Assembly: GCA_950097015.1 (NCBI GenBank)
Contig: CATNEN010000038.1
Span: forward strand, 35,154,001 to 35,218,000
Origin: Macrostomum hystrix
Taxonomy: Eukaryota; Animalia; Platyhelminthes
Reading direction: 5' to 3'
Length of the DNA stretch: 64,000 bases
The notes below the pieces were generated by a model. The model had not been told where the DNA came from and ran no database searches. It saw nothing but the letters and a program-made list of their open reading frames with translations. Positions 34,801 to 46,040 of this stretch are shown here, piece after piece; position 1 is the first letter of the stretch, and the number at the start of each line of letters is the position of its first letter. Both the position numbers and the translations under genes were made by a program.

Positions 34801-37055
34801 TAGGGGAAGAACCATTGTTGAGGGGTAAGGGAAGGACCATTGTTGAGGGGTAAGGGAAGGACCATTGTTGAGGAGTAGAGAGGGGTAGGGGAAGGACTAT
34901 TGTTGAAGGGTAGAGTGGGGTAGGGGAAGAACCATTGTTGAGGGGTAAGGGAAGGACCATTGTTGAGGGGTAAGGGAAGGACCATTGTTGAGGAGTAGAG
35001 AGGGGTAGGGGAAGGACTATTGTTGAAGGGTAGAGTGGGGTAGGGGAAGGACCATTGTTGAGGAGTAGAGAGGGGTAGGGGAAGGACTATTGTTGAAGGG
35101 TAGAGAGGTGTAGGGGAAGGACCATTGTTGAAGGGTAGAGTGGGGTAGGGGAAGAACCATTGTTGAGGGGTAAGGGAAGGACCATTGTTGAGGAGTAGAG
35201 AGGGGTAGGGGAAGGACTATTGTTGAAGGGTAGAGTGGGGTAGGGGAAGGACCATTGTTGAGGAGTAGAGAGGGGTAGGGGAAGGACTATTGTTGAAGGG
35301 TAGAGTGGGGTAGGGGAAGGACTATTGTTGAAGGGTAGAGTGGGGTAGGGGAAGGACCATTGTTGAGGAGTAGAGAGGGGTAGGGGAAGGACTATTGTTG
35401 AAGGGTAGAGAGGTGTAGGGGAAGGACCATTGTTGAAGGGTAGAGTGGGGTAGGGGAAGAACCATTGTTGAGGGGTAAGGGAAGGACCATTGTTGAGGAG
35501 TAGAGAGGGGTAGGGGAAGGACTATTGTTGAAGGGTAGAGTGGGGTAGGGGAAGGACCATTGTTTATGGGTTAAGTAGGGAAAGTAATAATTTTAGCGGT
35601 AGGAATTGATAAATTAGACTGAAAATACGATGCAATTAATATGCAACGAAAGTATGCAACAAAAATCTATATTAACTTTTTCAGGCCGTTAAGGACTGGC
35701 AGCTGTTCGTTGTGATACTCCTGGTAGTCGCCGTCGATGCAACTCTGTTCTGCCTCTGGGCCGCCATCGACCCATTGCAACTGAAGTTCACCAGCTTGCC
35801 ATTTCAGGTAAAACAATCGTGTCTAACATGTTACAGTCGTGTCTAACATGTTACAGTCGTGTCTAACATGTTACAGTCGTGTCTAACATGTTACAGTCGT
35901 GTCTAACATGTTACAGTCGTGTCTAACATGTTACAGTCGTGTCTAACATGTTACAGTCGTGTCTAACATGTTACAGTCGTGTCTAACATGTTACAGTCGT
36001 GTCTTATATGTGACATTCGTGTCACTTCTCTGCCACCTTTTCTGTCATTGCCACTGATGGACCCTCCACAACAACCCGCGCAGGACAACGCAAACGATGG
36101 CACCAGAGTGTACACAATCCTACCAGAGTGTGGGAGCGACAGTAAAACTGCCTGGATTGGAGCAAGCATCGGGTTCAAGGGTGAGACTAGATTTGAGAAC
36201 AGGTTGTGACAGAGATTGAAATAAGAAAGTCAGATCTTGATGAGATTAAAGTGAGAACTTGATAAGACTGATGTGAGAACTGGATGAGATTAAAGTGAGA
36301 ACTTAATGAGACTGATGTGAGAACTGGATGAGATTAAAGTGAGAACTTGATGAGACAGATATGAAAACTGGATGAGACAGATATGAAAACTGGATTAGAC
36401 TGATGTGAGAACTGGATGAGATTAAAGTGAGAACTTGATGAGACAGATATGAAAACTGGATGAGACAGATATGAGAACTGGATGAGACTGATGTGAGAAC
36501 TGTATGAGACAGATATGAGAACTGGATGAGACAGATATGAGAACTGGATGAGACAGATATGAGAACTGGATGAGACAGATAAGACTGAGATGAAATTCAA
36601 CTGAGTACGGCACAACTGCAGGCTTTCTTCTGATATTCGGCATCTTTTTCGCCTGGGAGACGCGCTCTGTTCACGTGGAGGCGCTGAACGATTCCAAGAA
36701 AATCGGTGTCTGCGTCTACAACACAATGGTCATGGGCGTGATTGGCGTAGTCTTGACCTTCACCCTGCCGGAGTCGAGCCTGGACCTTCGGGTGCTGCTC
36801 ATCGCTGTCTGCGTTGGAGTCTGCGCAATCACGACCTTGATAATTGTGTTCGGATCAAAGGTTAGTTACAGGTGACCGGGTTTTAAGGCGGGATTTAGAT
36901 AGACACTCTCCGACCTGTACTATAACCCTCAGATCTTCATGCTGGTGAAGTTCGGCCCTAGCCGGGTGGACGATGCCAACACGGCCATGCAGACCATGGC
37001 TGGAGTCAGCGTGGCAGCTGCCGACGACAATGGGCACACTTCATCTACAACTTGA
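22830..37055 (+). CDS. GABA-B-receptor-like class C GPCR (signal peptide, Venus-flytrap domain, 7TM, short C-tail); 14 exons, ~761 aa
   Basis: Exons 22830-23093, 23796-23933, 26889-27059, 27629-27730, 27822-27896 (GC donor; GT alternative 27893), 30339-30527, 31304-31543, 32458-32521, 32603-32680, 34028-34410, 35685-35807, 36084-36180, 36622-36860, 36933-37055; frame-consistent. Motifs: IPQIGYSNTSPDLSD..YPYYTR, YGWRK, FGPKYMWI, NFTGLSGKVLFD, GGTPPVD, LIKMSSPNVN, LAFGAMLAKTWRVHRIF, IDPL, AWETR.V...LNDSKKIG..VYN. AATAAA at ~37059. Confidence 0.92.
23180..23580. repeat. Intronic minisatellite of ~11-bp subunits (TATGGAACTCG) plus short ACTGAGTTA repeats
   Basis: Tandem degenerate units in receptor intron 1. 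Confidence 0.9.
24210..24283 (-). mobile_element. tRNA-derived SINE head remnant
   Basis: Minus strand TGGTTAGAGCGTCGGGCTCACGAC...GGTCGGGGGTTCGATTCCC has A-box and B-box; resembles the head of the CORE-SINE at 43305. Confidence 0.6.
24494..26265 (-). CDS. SUN (Sad1/UNC-84) domain nuclear-envelope protein, nested antisense in receptor intron 2; 2 exons, ~442 aa
   Basis: Exons 26265-25721 and 25277-24494 (phase 2, CA|GTAAGT...CCAAG|G). TM segment VLLTAAIFLCLCAMAYF, coiled coil LSIVRLEQRIADLNERLK, SUN motifs PNYA...GASVI, QPGDCWSF.G, VTMDH, SAPKQF.VFG, VLSNHGH.DYTCVYRFRVH. The AAG acceptor is less certain. Confidence 0.88.
25371..25645 (-). mobile_element. SINE family 1 copy in the SUN intron
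   Basis: Reverse complement of 26432-26720, including the A/B-box head and body. Confidence 0.9.
26432..26770 (+). mobile_element. Near full-length tRNA-derived SINE family 1 with a highly structured body
   Basis: A-box AGTGGCAGAGCGG, B-box GAGTTCGATTCC; body shared with four other copies in the window. Confidence 0.9.
27095..27580. repeat. ~18-20 bp intronic minisatellite (CAGACTCGTCACTCTCCT)
   Basis: Tandem degenerate units in receptor intron 3. Confidence 0.9.
27972..29390. repeat. 19-bp minisatellite (GAGTAGCTGTTAGACACTA), left arm of an inverted pair
   Basis: About 74 units in receptor intron 5. Confidence 0.97.
29886..30235. repeat. 25-bp minisatellite (GGGGATCTAGATGGGATTTCTGTTA)
   Basis: Period 25 (29941 and 29966); about 14 units. 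Confidence 0.93.
30583..31260. repeat. 19-bp minisatellite (TAGTGTCTAACAGCTACTC), reverse complement of the 27972 array
   Basis: About 35 units in receptor intron 6. Confidence 0.97.
31558..32390. repeat. 33-bp minisatellite built on 11-bp CTGAAGACACA subunits
   Basis: AATCGG recurs at 32231 and 32264; receptor intron 7. Confidence 0.93.
32745..34015. repeat. 12/14-bp minisatellite (ACAGCATCTGAC), interrupted by a unique island at 33671-33757
   Basis: Tandem units in receptor intron 9. Confidence 0.95.
33671..33757 (+). other. Structured island homologous to the SINE family 1 tail; HDV-ribozyme-like motif order; possible 48-nt cassette exon
   Basis: CAGGGGTTAGCGGAATGGGC..GCCTCCTCGCT matches SINE CAGGAGTCAGCGAAATGGGC..GCCTCCTCGCT, with a compensated hairpin. 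Confidence 0.55.
34445..35575. repeat. Purine-rich 28/38-bp minisatellite (GAAGGACCATTGTTGAGG...GGGGTAGGG)
   Basis: Receptor intron 10. Confidence 0.95.
35817..36005. repeat. Perfect 20-bp minisatellite (GTCTAACATGTTACAGTCGT)
   Basis: Nine identical units starting ~10 nt after the exon-11 donor. Confidence 0.97.
36235..36592. repeat. 22-bp minisatellite (GATGAGACAGATATGAGAACTG)
   Basis: Receptor intron 12. Confidence 0.9.
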
Positions 37056-37604
37056 CAAAATAAATTTCGACAGTCCAATTTTTTAGCCTAGGGTAGCAAC
37101 GGTTGACTAGCTTCGTTGAGTAGATTAGCAATTCATTCTCCTAATTCTCTTCAGAATTAGAGAATTAGAATTAGATTAGCAATCCACATTTCTCATTCTC
37201 ATATTTAATAGATTAGCAATCCACATTTCTCATTCTCACATTGAATAGATTAGCAATCCACTACTACAAGTAGGCCCTGAAGCGTTATATTCCTAGTATT
37301 ACTAGCTATTATGCACGCACTAGAATTTTGCATCCTATTATTATAAGTAGTTAAGCACAACAGTAGAAATTTGAAAGCTACATTATATATGCATTGTTTA
37401 CTAGTTAGTATAGCACACTTAGTTGAATAGATTTAGATTTAGTGAAACAAATAAAATTACCTTTAGAAATTAATGTGACTCGCAGATTATTATGAAAATT
37501 TGAAAACATATTTTATAGAGTATATTTCATTTTTATAAATTACGGAAATATTTATTATTTAATTGATCGTCATTGAAGTGAAGACGAAAGAAAACAAAGA
37601 CGGG

Positions 37605-38240
37605 AGAATTAGAGAGCTGGAGACTGTAGAGAAGGACTCTCAGGTGAGAATTTGAGAGTTGCAGATAGACGGTAGAGAAGGACTCTCAGGTGAGAATTTG
37701 AGAGTTGCAGATAGACGGTAGAGAAGGACTCTCAGGTGAGAATTTGAGAGTTGCAGATAGACGGTAGAGAAGGACTCTCAGGTGAGAATTTGAGAGTTGC
37801 AGATAGACGGTAGAGAAGGACTCTCAGGTGAGAATTTGATAGTTGCAGATAGACGGTAGAGAAGGACTCTCAGGTGAGAATTTGAGAGTTGCAGATAGAC
37901 GGTAGAGAAGGACCCTCAGGTGAGAATTTGAGAGTTGCAGATAGACGGTAGAGAAGGACCCTCAGGTGAGAATTTGAGAGTTGCAGATAGACGGTAGAGA
38001 AGGACCCTCAGGTGAGAATTTGAGAGTTGCAGATAGACGGTAGAGAAGGACTCTCAGGTGAGAATTTGAGAGTTGCAGATAGACGGTAGAGAAGGATTCT
38101 CAGGTGAGAATTTGAGAGTTGCAGATAGACGGTAGAGAAGGACTCTCAGGTGAGAATTTGATAGTTGCAGATAGACGGTAGAGGACTCTCAGGTGAGAAT
38201 TTGAGAGTTGCAGATAGACGGTAGAGAAGGACTCTCAGGA
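37605..38240. repeat. 46-bp intergenic minisatellite (CAGGTGAGAATTTGAGAGTTGCAGATAGACGGTAGAGAAGGACTCT)
   Basis: About 13 near-identical units. Confidence 0.95.
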
Positions 38241-38437
38241 TGCCAGCAACATAGAAAATAGATTCCATGGACAGAACAGCAATGCCTATTCAGGTTTGAT
38301 AACCCGAAATGTCGAACAGTAATAAATCGAATCGATCAATAGGTAAATAAGCGAAAGCTGAAGCTATTAGTTTTGAACACATTTTTGCAATTTTTCTGCC
38401 TAATGATTATTCGAATAGCCACATATTTGCATATGTA

Positions 38438-38469
<32 letters not shown>

Positions 38470-39759
38470 ATAAATATATGTAGCATTTGTCAAGCACACG
38501 CGTAATCATATGCTGGGGCATACAATAGGAACACAAACAGACTAACCCGGGACAATGGCGACTCACTTATATCATTTGTTGAGGCGTGCACAAAAATTCA
38601 TAACAAAAAAGGTTACAGCAAATAAAAAACTGACTGTGATTATTTCTTCTAATTCAGTCAGACTGACAAAACAACAAAATCTTACAAGCGTGGGATGAGC
38701 GCTTTCATAATAGCCAGGTGTTTCATATTGAGCAGTGACAAATTCGGCATAGATTAAAGAGTTCGGGTATTGTGGAATTTCGGATTTGCAGATTTTGTGA
38801 AGTTTGCAGATTGTAAAATTTCACAGGGCGAGTGAAGCAGTCTGCTGAAACAACAACCAATTAAAATGAGGCAAAGAGCAGCGAGTTGCAATCGCAAACC
38901 TGGAGTGAGACAGAAAGGTTTTGCCGCACCCAACTACTGTGTTTAGCGTAGCGTTTTTTAGAAGTAAAAAAAGTTCAATCAAAGAAATCAATAAGTGACT
39001 TCTTAACCAATGAAATTGAAGTGAACAAGTCGTTAGGACTGTTAAACAATCAACTGCGGCTTAAAATCAAATGAGGGAGAACGGGTGGGTGAGTAGGAGC
39101 CGCTGATGCTTTGAGGCAGAATTGTTGACTTGCTAGGGCTAAGCGAATTTTTGGCTGTCCTACAGAATTTTAACAGACTAAAAAATTGACAAATCGATAA
39201 TCATATATTGTGAAACTTTTTTCAAAGAAAAAAAGGAAACTCAAAGAGAACGAAAGATTTGAGCAAAAAAAGCGAATCGCGCGTACATCTATGAACGACA
39301 CAGGTCGGACTAACAGACAGATGTGTGAGTGAGGACTAAATGAGTAATAGACAAATTTAAACCTAGCCTATTTCGCTGTTATAATTCTTCTAATTCTAAC
39401 AAACAAAACCCGGGGTGTGGGCGAAGCGCAAAGCGATCATTAGTCCAGAATGCTTCTTGCCGACATTGTTCAACGCGACGCTGAAACAACGGGATTAAAG
39501 AGAAAAGAAGGCTTGATTACCAACAAAATGAAGCTTTAGAGGATAATTACAGATGAGGAAATTTTTAACTATTAAACACATTTGATGAGGAAAAATGGAC
39601 TAATTAAAAAAACAAGCAAGCGCCACATAAGAGAAGCAAACACTGAAAGAGTCGCCTATTAAAATTTTGTTATAACTAAAAACTTTATTTAAGACAAAAA
39701 GTTGTTCTCCAAATTGCCAGACGCCAATTATTTCTGCTAATAGTTAGAAACAGGTTGGA

Positions 39760-42130
39760 CTAATTAGACTGATTGGCTTGGATAACCTGCGGCCGGTGCA
39801 AATATTTGTGAGGAATGGATCTTGGCCGGCACTGCAGTAGCGAATCGTCCGGACTAGAACTGCACGAGGACGCTTCGCCTATTGCCAGACCGCTGACGGT
39901 GGAGACGGAGGTGGCAGCCGTCGCTGATGATGTCGTCATTGTAGACGCTGCCACGGCGACATTGGCTAGGTCGACTACAAATAGACGAGGTCCACTGGGA
40001 GGAGTGCCGTCTGCGACGCCGGTATTGTTCAGGACTGGAACAGACGATGCAAGCTGACTGGGTTGCTGCTGCTGCTGCTCCTGCTCGTCTTCGCAAATAT
40101 CGTCCTGCGGCGTGAAAGGACTGATCATAACAGCGGGCCGCTGTTGCTGCTGCTGCTGAAGGCAATCAGCCGGCGGAGAAGGATTCAGCTGCTGCTGCTG
40201 AGATTGGCCCTCAATGCGCTCAATGGCCATCATAAGGTGCTCAAGTCGCTTCGGCTTTGGCGGCAAAGGTTGCTGCTGCTGTTGCTGAGCTGAGGGCTCG
40301 ATAACAAACTGTTCGTAGTCAGGTTTCACGGACAGGTGAAAGGTTGGTTGCTGCTGCTGCTGCTGCTGCTGAGTCCGAATTACTGTATGATTGCCTTGTT
40401 GCTGAAAGTATCCAATGTAGACACCGCCCTCGCCACCGCCGTCGCTGTCATCAGGAGCAGCTGGAAGCTTGCGCTTACGCAAAGCGACATCAGAAGCAGC
40501 CAGCAATAGGTCGGTGTGACGATGCGGCGGCGCTTGCGACTGTTGCTGCTGCTGCTGCTGTTGCTGTATTTGCGACAGCTGATCGCGCATGCGTCTATTC
40601 TCGCCAACAAGGTGCTGGATGTACTTGGATGTCAGCTGCAAAATCGCTGCCTGCAAAAAAAGTGGCATCAAATTTTTTCTCTGTATTTGTATTTATACCC
40701 AGTCCAATAATATAAATTAACTTGATAGAGAAAGACGAAAATTCCCCATAGATTGGCATTCACTTACAATTAACAATCTATTTTAGGAAAAAAACTCGGC
40801 TTGCCTTTTTCATACCCTTATGCATTGACGTGCACGAAGAACTATACTTTCTACTGAGGAAATATTTAAGTAGTGCAGTGCGCACATTTGCGTACATTTC
40901 TGCGCTAAGTGAAACTTGGCAGCTAGACGAAACCCTAAAATAATCCTGGGTCTTGCACATTCAAACCCGACCAAGTCTAAAGTTTGAACAGCTGACCAGG
41001 GGGATAGGGATTACCCTGGCCTGGGAGAAGGCTGAGCTTCAGAGGGGCGGATTTTCCTCTTACCTTGCTTAATTTCTCGCCATCTTCAGTTGGCAACAGC
41101 GTCTTGAGCGACTCGAAGCCAGAATTGATGCTCTGCATACGTCGCCTTTCGTTGCAATTGGCAATCTCCCTTCTTGATCGCTTCTCCGTGCCTTGACCAT
41201 GCCCGTGGTACAGGTCTCCATTCTGGGAGTTGCCGAGTAGTCCGACTGATCTGCAACAGCCAATTAGAACGTTTTATTAGCACTGATTACAAAATGTAAG
41301 TCTTGCCTGTGTTTTGAGCAATACAAGAGTGTACATAACATAACAAATAAGGTTGTAATTTCAAAATTAAATAATGTTCTGATAACTTGTGCACATGCTC
41401 TATATTATTAGAAACTTAATTTAAAATGTCATCTCTCCTGTAAAAAACATTTTTGTAAAAATATTTGACATTGCAGCATGAATGATTAGCCCAAGCCTAT
41501 GACTTAACCCAGGAATTGAACTCATTTAAAAATTAAATTGCAACGAAAAACAAAAACACTCAGTCCAATCATTAATTTGGAAGCCTTTTATTATCCACTT
41601 TAAGGAAATAGAATGTCAGCTGCCGCTTTTTACCAAGAGAAGCTAAATTTGTATTAATTGCAGCATTTGAATGCATCAAGTTAGATACCCCAGGTGCAAA
41701 TTTAAAAACATTTACAGCCCCTAAAACTGACTAAAAAGCAAAGCAAATACAACAAATAACACTGAGAACTATTATTCGTTCCTATTAAAAATGTTTTAAG
41801 TTACGGGGAAAAATTATAAAGCATATTGGCATCGACCTGCGCATGTAATTAACATGCTGACACAATGCAAAGTAAAAAATACTAGAAAAATCAACAACAT
41901 CGAATCGACAGCGTTGGAAACAAACGCAAACCAACAAAATCTGTCTTAACAATGGTTAAAATATTATTAGATCGCAAACTGAAAGCTTATGAAAAGCTGT
42001 CAACTGAAAATAGTTGATTTTCTACACAAAAGTATGAAACTTTCACTTACCGTCGAACTTTCTTAAACAATTCGTCGGGAATATCCGAAAAAGAAAGCTT
42101 GTCGTCGTCTATCTCTGAATAGGTAGACAT
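39760..42130 (-). CDS. TFAP4: Transcription factor AP-4 (bHLH-Zip); 3 exons, ~385 aa, polyQ-rich
   Basis: Exons 42130-42051, 41250-41064, 40650-39760. RREIANCNERRRMQSINSGFESLKTLLPTEDGEKLSK|AAILQLTSKYIQHL matches the AP-4 bHLH. LEHLMMAIERIEG resembles the AP-4 C-terminal motif. First exon less certain. Confidence 0.9.
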
Positions 42131-43079
42131 TATGTTAATGACTTTCGAAAGGATTTATCGGCTGTCAATGAACTGTGGATAATCTGGGATGCAAAATATC
42201 GTCAGACAACGTGGGTCACCCTATACACGTTTCTGTTGCGGGAAATTATAGTTAGCTATTGTGCAACAGACGTTATTCTACAACGAGAATGACCCTATAT
42301 TTCTGTTGATTGACATGCTTTGAAACTTTATATATAAAGTAATTGACTTGCGAAAACTATGTATAAAAAATTTAAAATTAATAGCATGTTTCGTTTTGAA
42401 GATATAAATATTTAAAGTTATTCGGGGAACTACTTCATTAACTGATGTAGAGCTGGGGCAACGCCGACTAGAATCAGCTGATCACGAGACAGCAGAGTTG
42501 GCTGCTCTCTGGTTGGCTGCAAGGGGTGGGCTGACTAATGGGGTAAGGGGGTGGGGTTGGCTTCTAGCATTTACCCTGCCCACGCAGAGGCCTAGCCTTC
42601 GCTCCACAAGGCGCGTAGGTATGAATGTACACATTTAGGCCTAGCAAATTCCAATCTAGCAACACTGCCACTGGTGAAGCAGAACGCCCACACAATCTAG
42701 CAAGCTATAACTATGGCACTTAAATTGCAGAGTTGATTAACTTAACTGACAGTCTTTGATAAAAAGCAAGCTGTAGTGCTTCATAAAACGTGTACGCTGA
42801 CAATGTGCAAAAGTGCTACTTATGAACGGACAGTGTACATTTCGTTTTAATACATCTGATTGTAATTTGAGTAAAGACGTGGGTCTTTAGAGAACGATTT
42901 TTAGATTTTCAAAAAAGGGTAAAATAATGAAATAAAATAAGCATGACAAATATGACATGGTCAGTTTAGGTTTATAAAAAAGCCAAAACGATTTTTTTGT
43001 GATGACATTAATAATTGACAACACTTGCCTCAACAGGGTCAGGTGTACAGCCGACAGCACATTCGCAGCTATTGCGTGG

Positions 43080-43305
43080 CGTATCTGAAGGCTGCATACA
43101 GCTGCTTAGTCCATGGACTGTGGGGGACGCCACACCCACTCTCAATTACCCCAGATAATGCTGGTACCCATTTAACAGCTGGGTGAACTGAAGCAACACA
43201 GAGTTAAGTGTCTTGCTAAAGGGCACAAATTGTTCTAGTGGAGTCGGGAATCGAATCCTCGACCTTATAAATCATGAGTCTGACGCCCTAACCACTGGGC
43301 TACAA
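43080..43305 (-). mobile_element. tRNA-derived CORE-SINE-like element
   Basis: Minus strand: A-box TAGCCCAGTGGTTAG, B-box GGATTCGATTCCC, then CORE-like GTGCCCTTTAGCAAGACACTTAAC...GCTTCAGTTCACCCAGCTGTTAAATGGGTACC. Confidence 0.75.
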
Positions 43306-43489
43306 AACCTAACTAGTCTACGACCCCTTTTTATTTTGATGATAAAAAGGCTACCTGCAGAATACAAAGTTTTCAAGTTTCTAAAAGTTGAATGGCTCGA
43401 ACTCTAGCCATTTGACATGCAAAAATTAAGAGAAAGGAAGTAACACAGGCAAAAGTTTCTGACTGTTAATATCATAAATCAGTTCGAAA

Positions 43490-46040
43490 AACACATAGGC
43501 CCTATGAAACAGTTGAATTCCAAGAAGTCTAAGTCCAAGTAAAGACATGAACCAAAAATGTGTATGCTTCTAAAAAACATGAGTATAAAGATGAATGTAA
43601 AGATCTGTACCAGAAAAGCTGAAAAGTCATAATAAAAAATCCAATAAAGACAAAAAGCTGATTAAATGTGAAAAAATTGTTATACCCATAGAAGTATTTA
43701 GTATTTTTGCATGAAAACTTACATTTATAGTTTTGAATACTGTTCAGGAAAGTAAAGTCTTATTTTAATTGAAAAAAATGAAAGAAAATTCTTAGTTAAT
43801 GCCACAATAAATATTCAAAAGCTAGCTAGGTAAACAAAATTTCTAATAAAAACACTATAACTGTTTACCAACAGATAACATTTCAGATTTTTTAAAAGTA
43901 ATGCAAAAAAGATGCATTGACCCTAAATGATATCAGAGACAATGTTGCCTTATCATTTGCTTGAATAATAGGGCAAGGTGAAAGCATTTCTTTGTTATAT
44001 TTAATATGTCCTACAATTTATGATTTAGCATAAGTATATATTATGCCAAATACATATTAATGTTTTAATTGGTAGTCAATAAAAAACATTTATAATAGCA
44101 AATTATAATTCATAGCAAACACTGAGTTGGTTTTGGACTAACTACACTCGTGTTATCGTTTTTTTTCAGAAAAACACAAAGGAAGGTATTATATTGATAA
44201 GACACTGTAAATATTTGTGTTAAGATTTACCTGGAGTAAATAATCTACTGCAGATACAACAACAAAATGCTTCTTCTGCTAACACAGTGGCCAGAAATGG
44301 GGAGACGCCAGAAAGTGCATTTCTGGGACTGATGATTAGGCATAATGAAAGAGATAGTATGTTCTTGTCAAAAAATTTATCTGTTTAAATGAATGAAAAT
44401 AAAATACACAACTATGAGCCTAAGCTAATGAATATTGTATAAGCCCACTTCTTATTAATGCCACAAAAATCCATGAAACTGAAACCTTCAAATAACAGTG
44501 CTTCATAAAAAATGTTCACTATATTTTTTCTGTATGGGCCAATGCTTTCAGGCTTGTAACTCACCCACTAACCAAAATGCTAATTTTAATGTAACAAATA
44601 TTTAGGACAAAAAAATTATGTAAAAAATGTGATTTTAGATAAAAAATATCACTAAAAAGCAGATTCCTGCAGTAGGAATGTTTTTATAGTAAAAATCAGT
44701 ACTAATATTTTAGTTTTAATGTTTAACATGTCAAATTTTATTTGTAAGTAACTTATTAAGAGTATTCTATGAAGATTACTCATTTCAACTAAATATATTC
44801 TGAGTATATAAGTGGTTGCAATTTCTGTGCAATAAGACAATGTGCCAGTGTGTGCCAGCTATAATTGAGTAAGAAGTTAAATGATGTTAAAGTGTTAAGT
44901 TTGTGATTAGAGGCTGTGACCCTCGGATCCATGGAAAATGCCCAGCAAAGACTGGTGTTCAAAGACCCTTATAGAGAGAAAATAAAGCATATTTGATGGA
45001 GGTTATCATATTTAGTACTTATTGTGGGAAGTCAATCAAATATGAGGAAAGGAGACATTTTGAGTCTTCTAAGTTTCTCACGAAAAAATAGTTTCATTAA
45101 AGAAACAAAACAGCAATAGCTACAGTGGACCACTTGTGCCAAGTGAAACACTAACAATAGAGAGAAAGAAAAAATAGTGATAAGCCCTGTTTTGTTTCTT
45201 AGAGTAAGTCTGTAACTTTACTTATATACAAAATTTCCTATTAGAGCACTAAAGTGATGTTTTAAAAAGGGTGCCCAGTATAACTTAAAATCTCAAGACC
45301 TGTATTAACATGTTTGATTAACTATACTTTTAATTTGTTTGCATGATATTTTGGTTTATAGGATTCATTTTTTAATGGAAATTATGCCAAGTGTGTCTAC
45401 ATGCCTATTTGACATCAGAATCCTGATCCTATTAGAACACAAAGCTAATCTTTTTGGGAATTAGACAAGGACATATTGTATAGTTATCAGCAGCTATATT
45501 CAACAAAATCATAATCATTAGATGCTATTTAATCCATATTGACAAGCAGAAATACAGTTTTAAAGACAATAAAATAGTAGACTGAAGTCATTTAAATGCA
45601 TAGATAATTCACTAAGCTTTCTGAAAGTTTCACTTTTATGGGAAAATGGGACTTATTTAAGTTTTATATTTGATAGATGCCTTACATATATATATTGAAA
45701 AAATTAAACAATTGTGTTACCATGCAACTAAGAATGCACATTGTACTTTTTGTCTTTATGAATCATAGTAGCCATATAGTTAGGCCTGTTGTGGTGACTC
45801 AGCTTGCACGTGATTATGAGCAAGAAAGGTAAAGCCTGTTGTGTAATAGGACAAGCACTTTTAAGGTATATTTTAGAAGTCTGATATTTTCGTTTACTGG
45901 TTAATATTTAATAATAGGCTAATAGCTGTGTCTACAATATATAAAAAAACACTACACTTTTGGGTCAGGAAATATATTAACATTCTAAAATGAACTTGCA
46001 ATGTTTTACAATTGATATAGTGTTTAGAAAGAAAATTTCT
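43490..46040 (+). pseudogene. CpG-depleted block with decayed, stop-riddled exon-like segments (unidentified gene or transposase relic)
   Basis: About 7 CpG in 2.55 kb; protein-like frames broken by TGA/TAA (KCFFC*HSGQKWG at ~44265; NYAKCVYMPI*HQNPDPIRTQS*SFWEL at ~45380); AG/GT-bounded segments. Confidence 0.35.
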
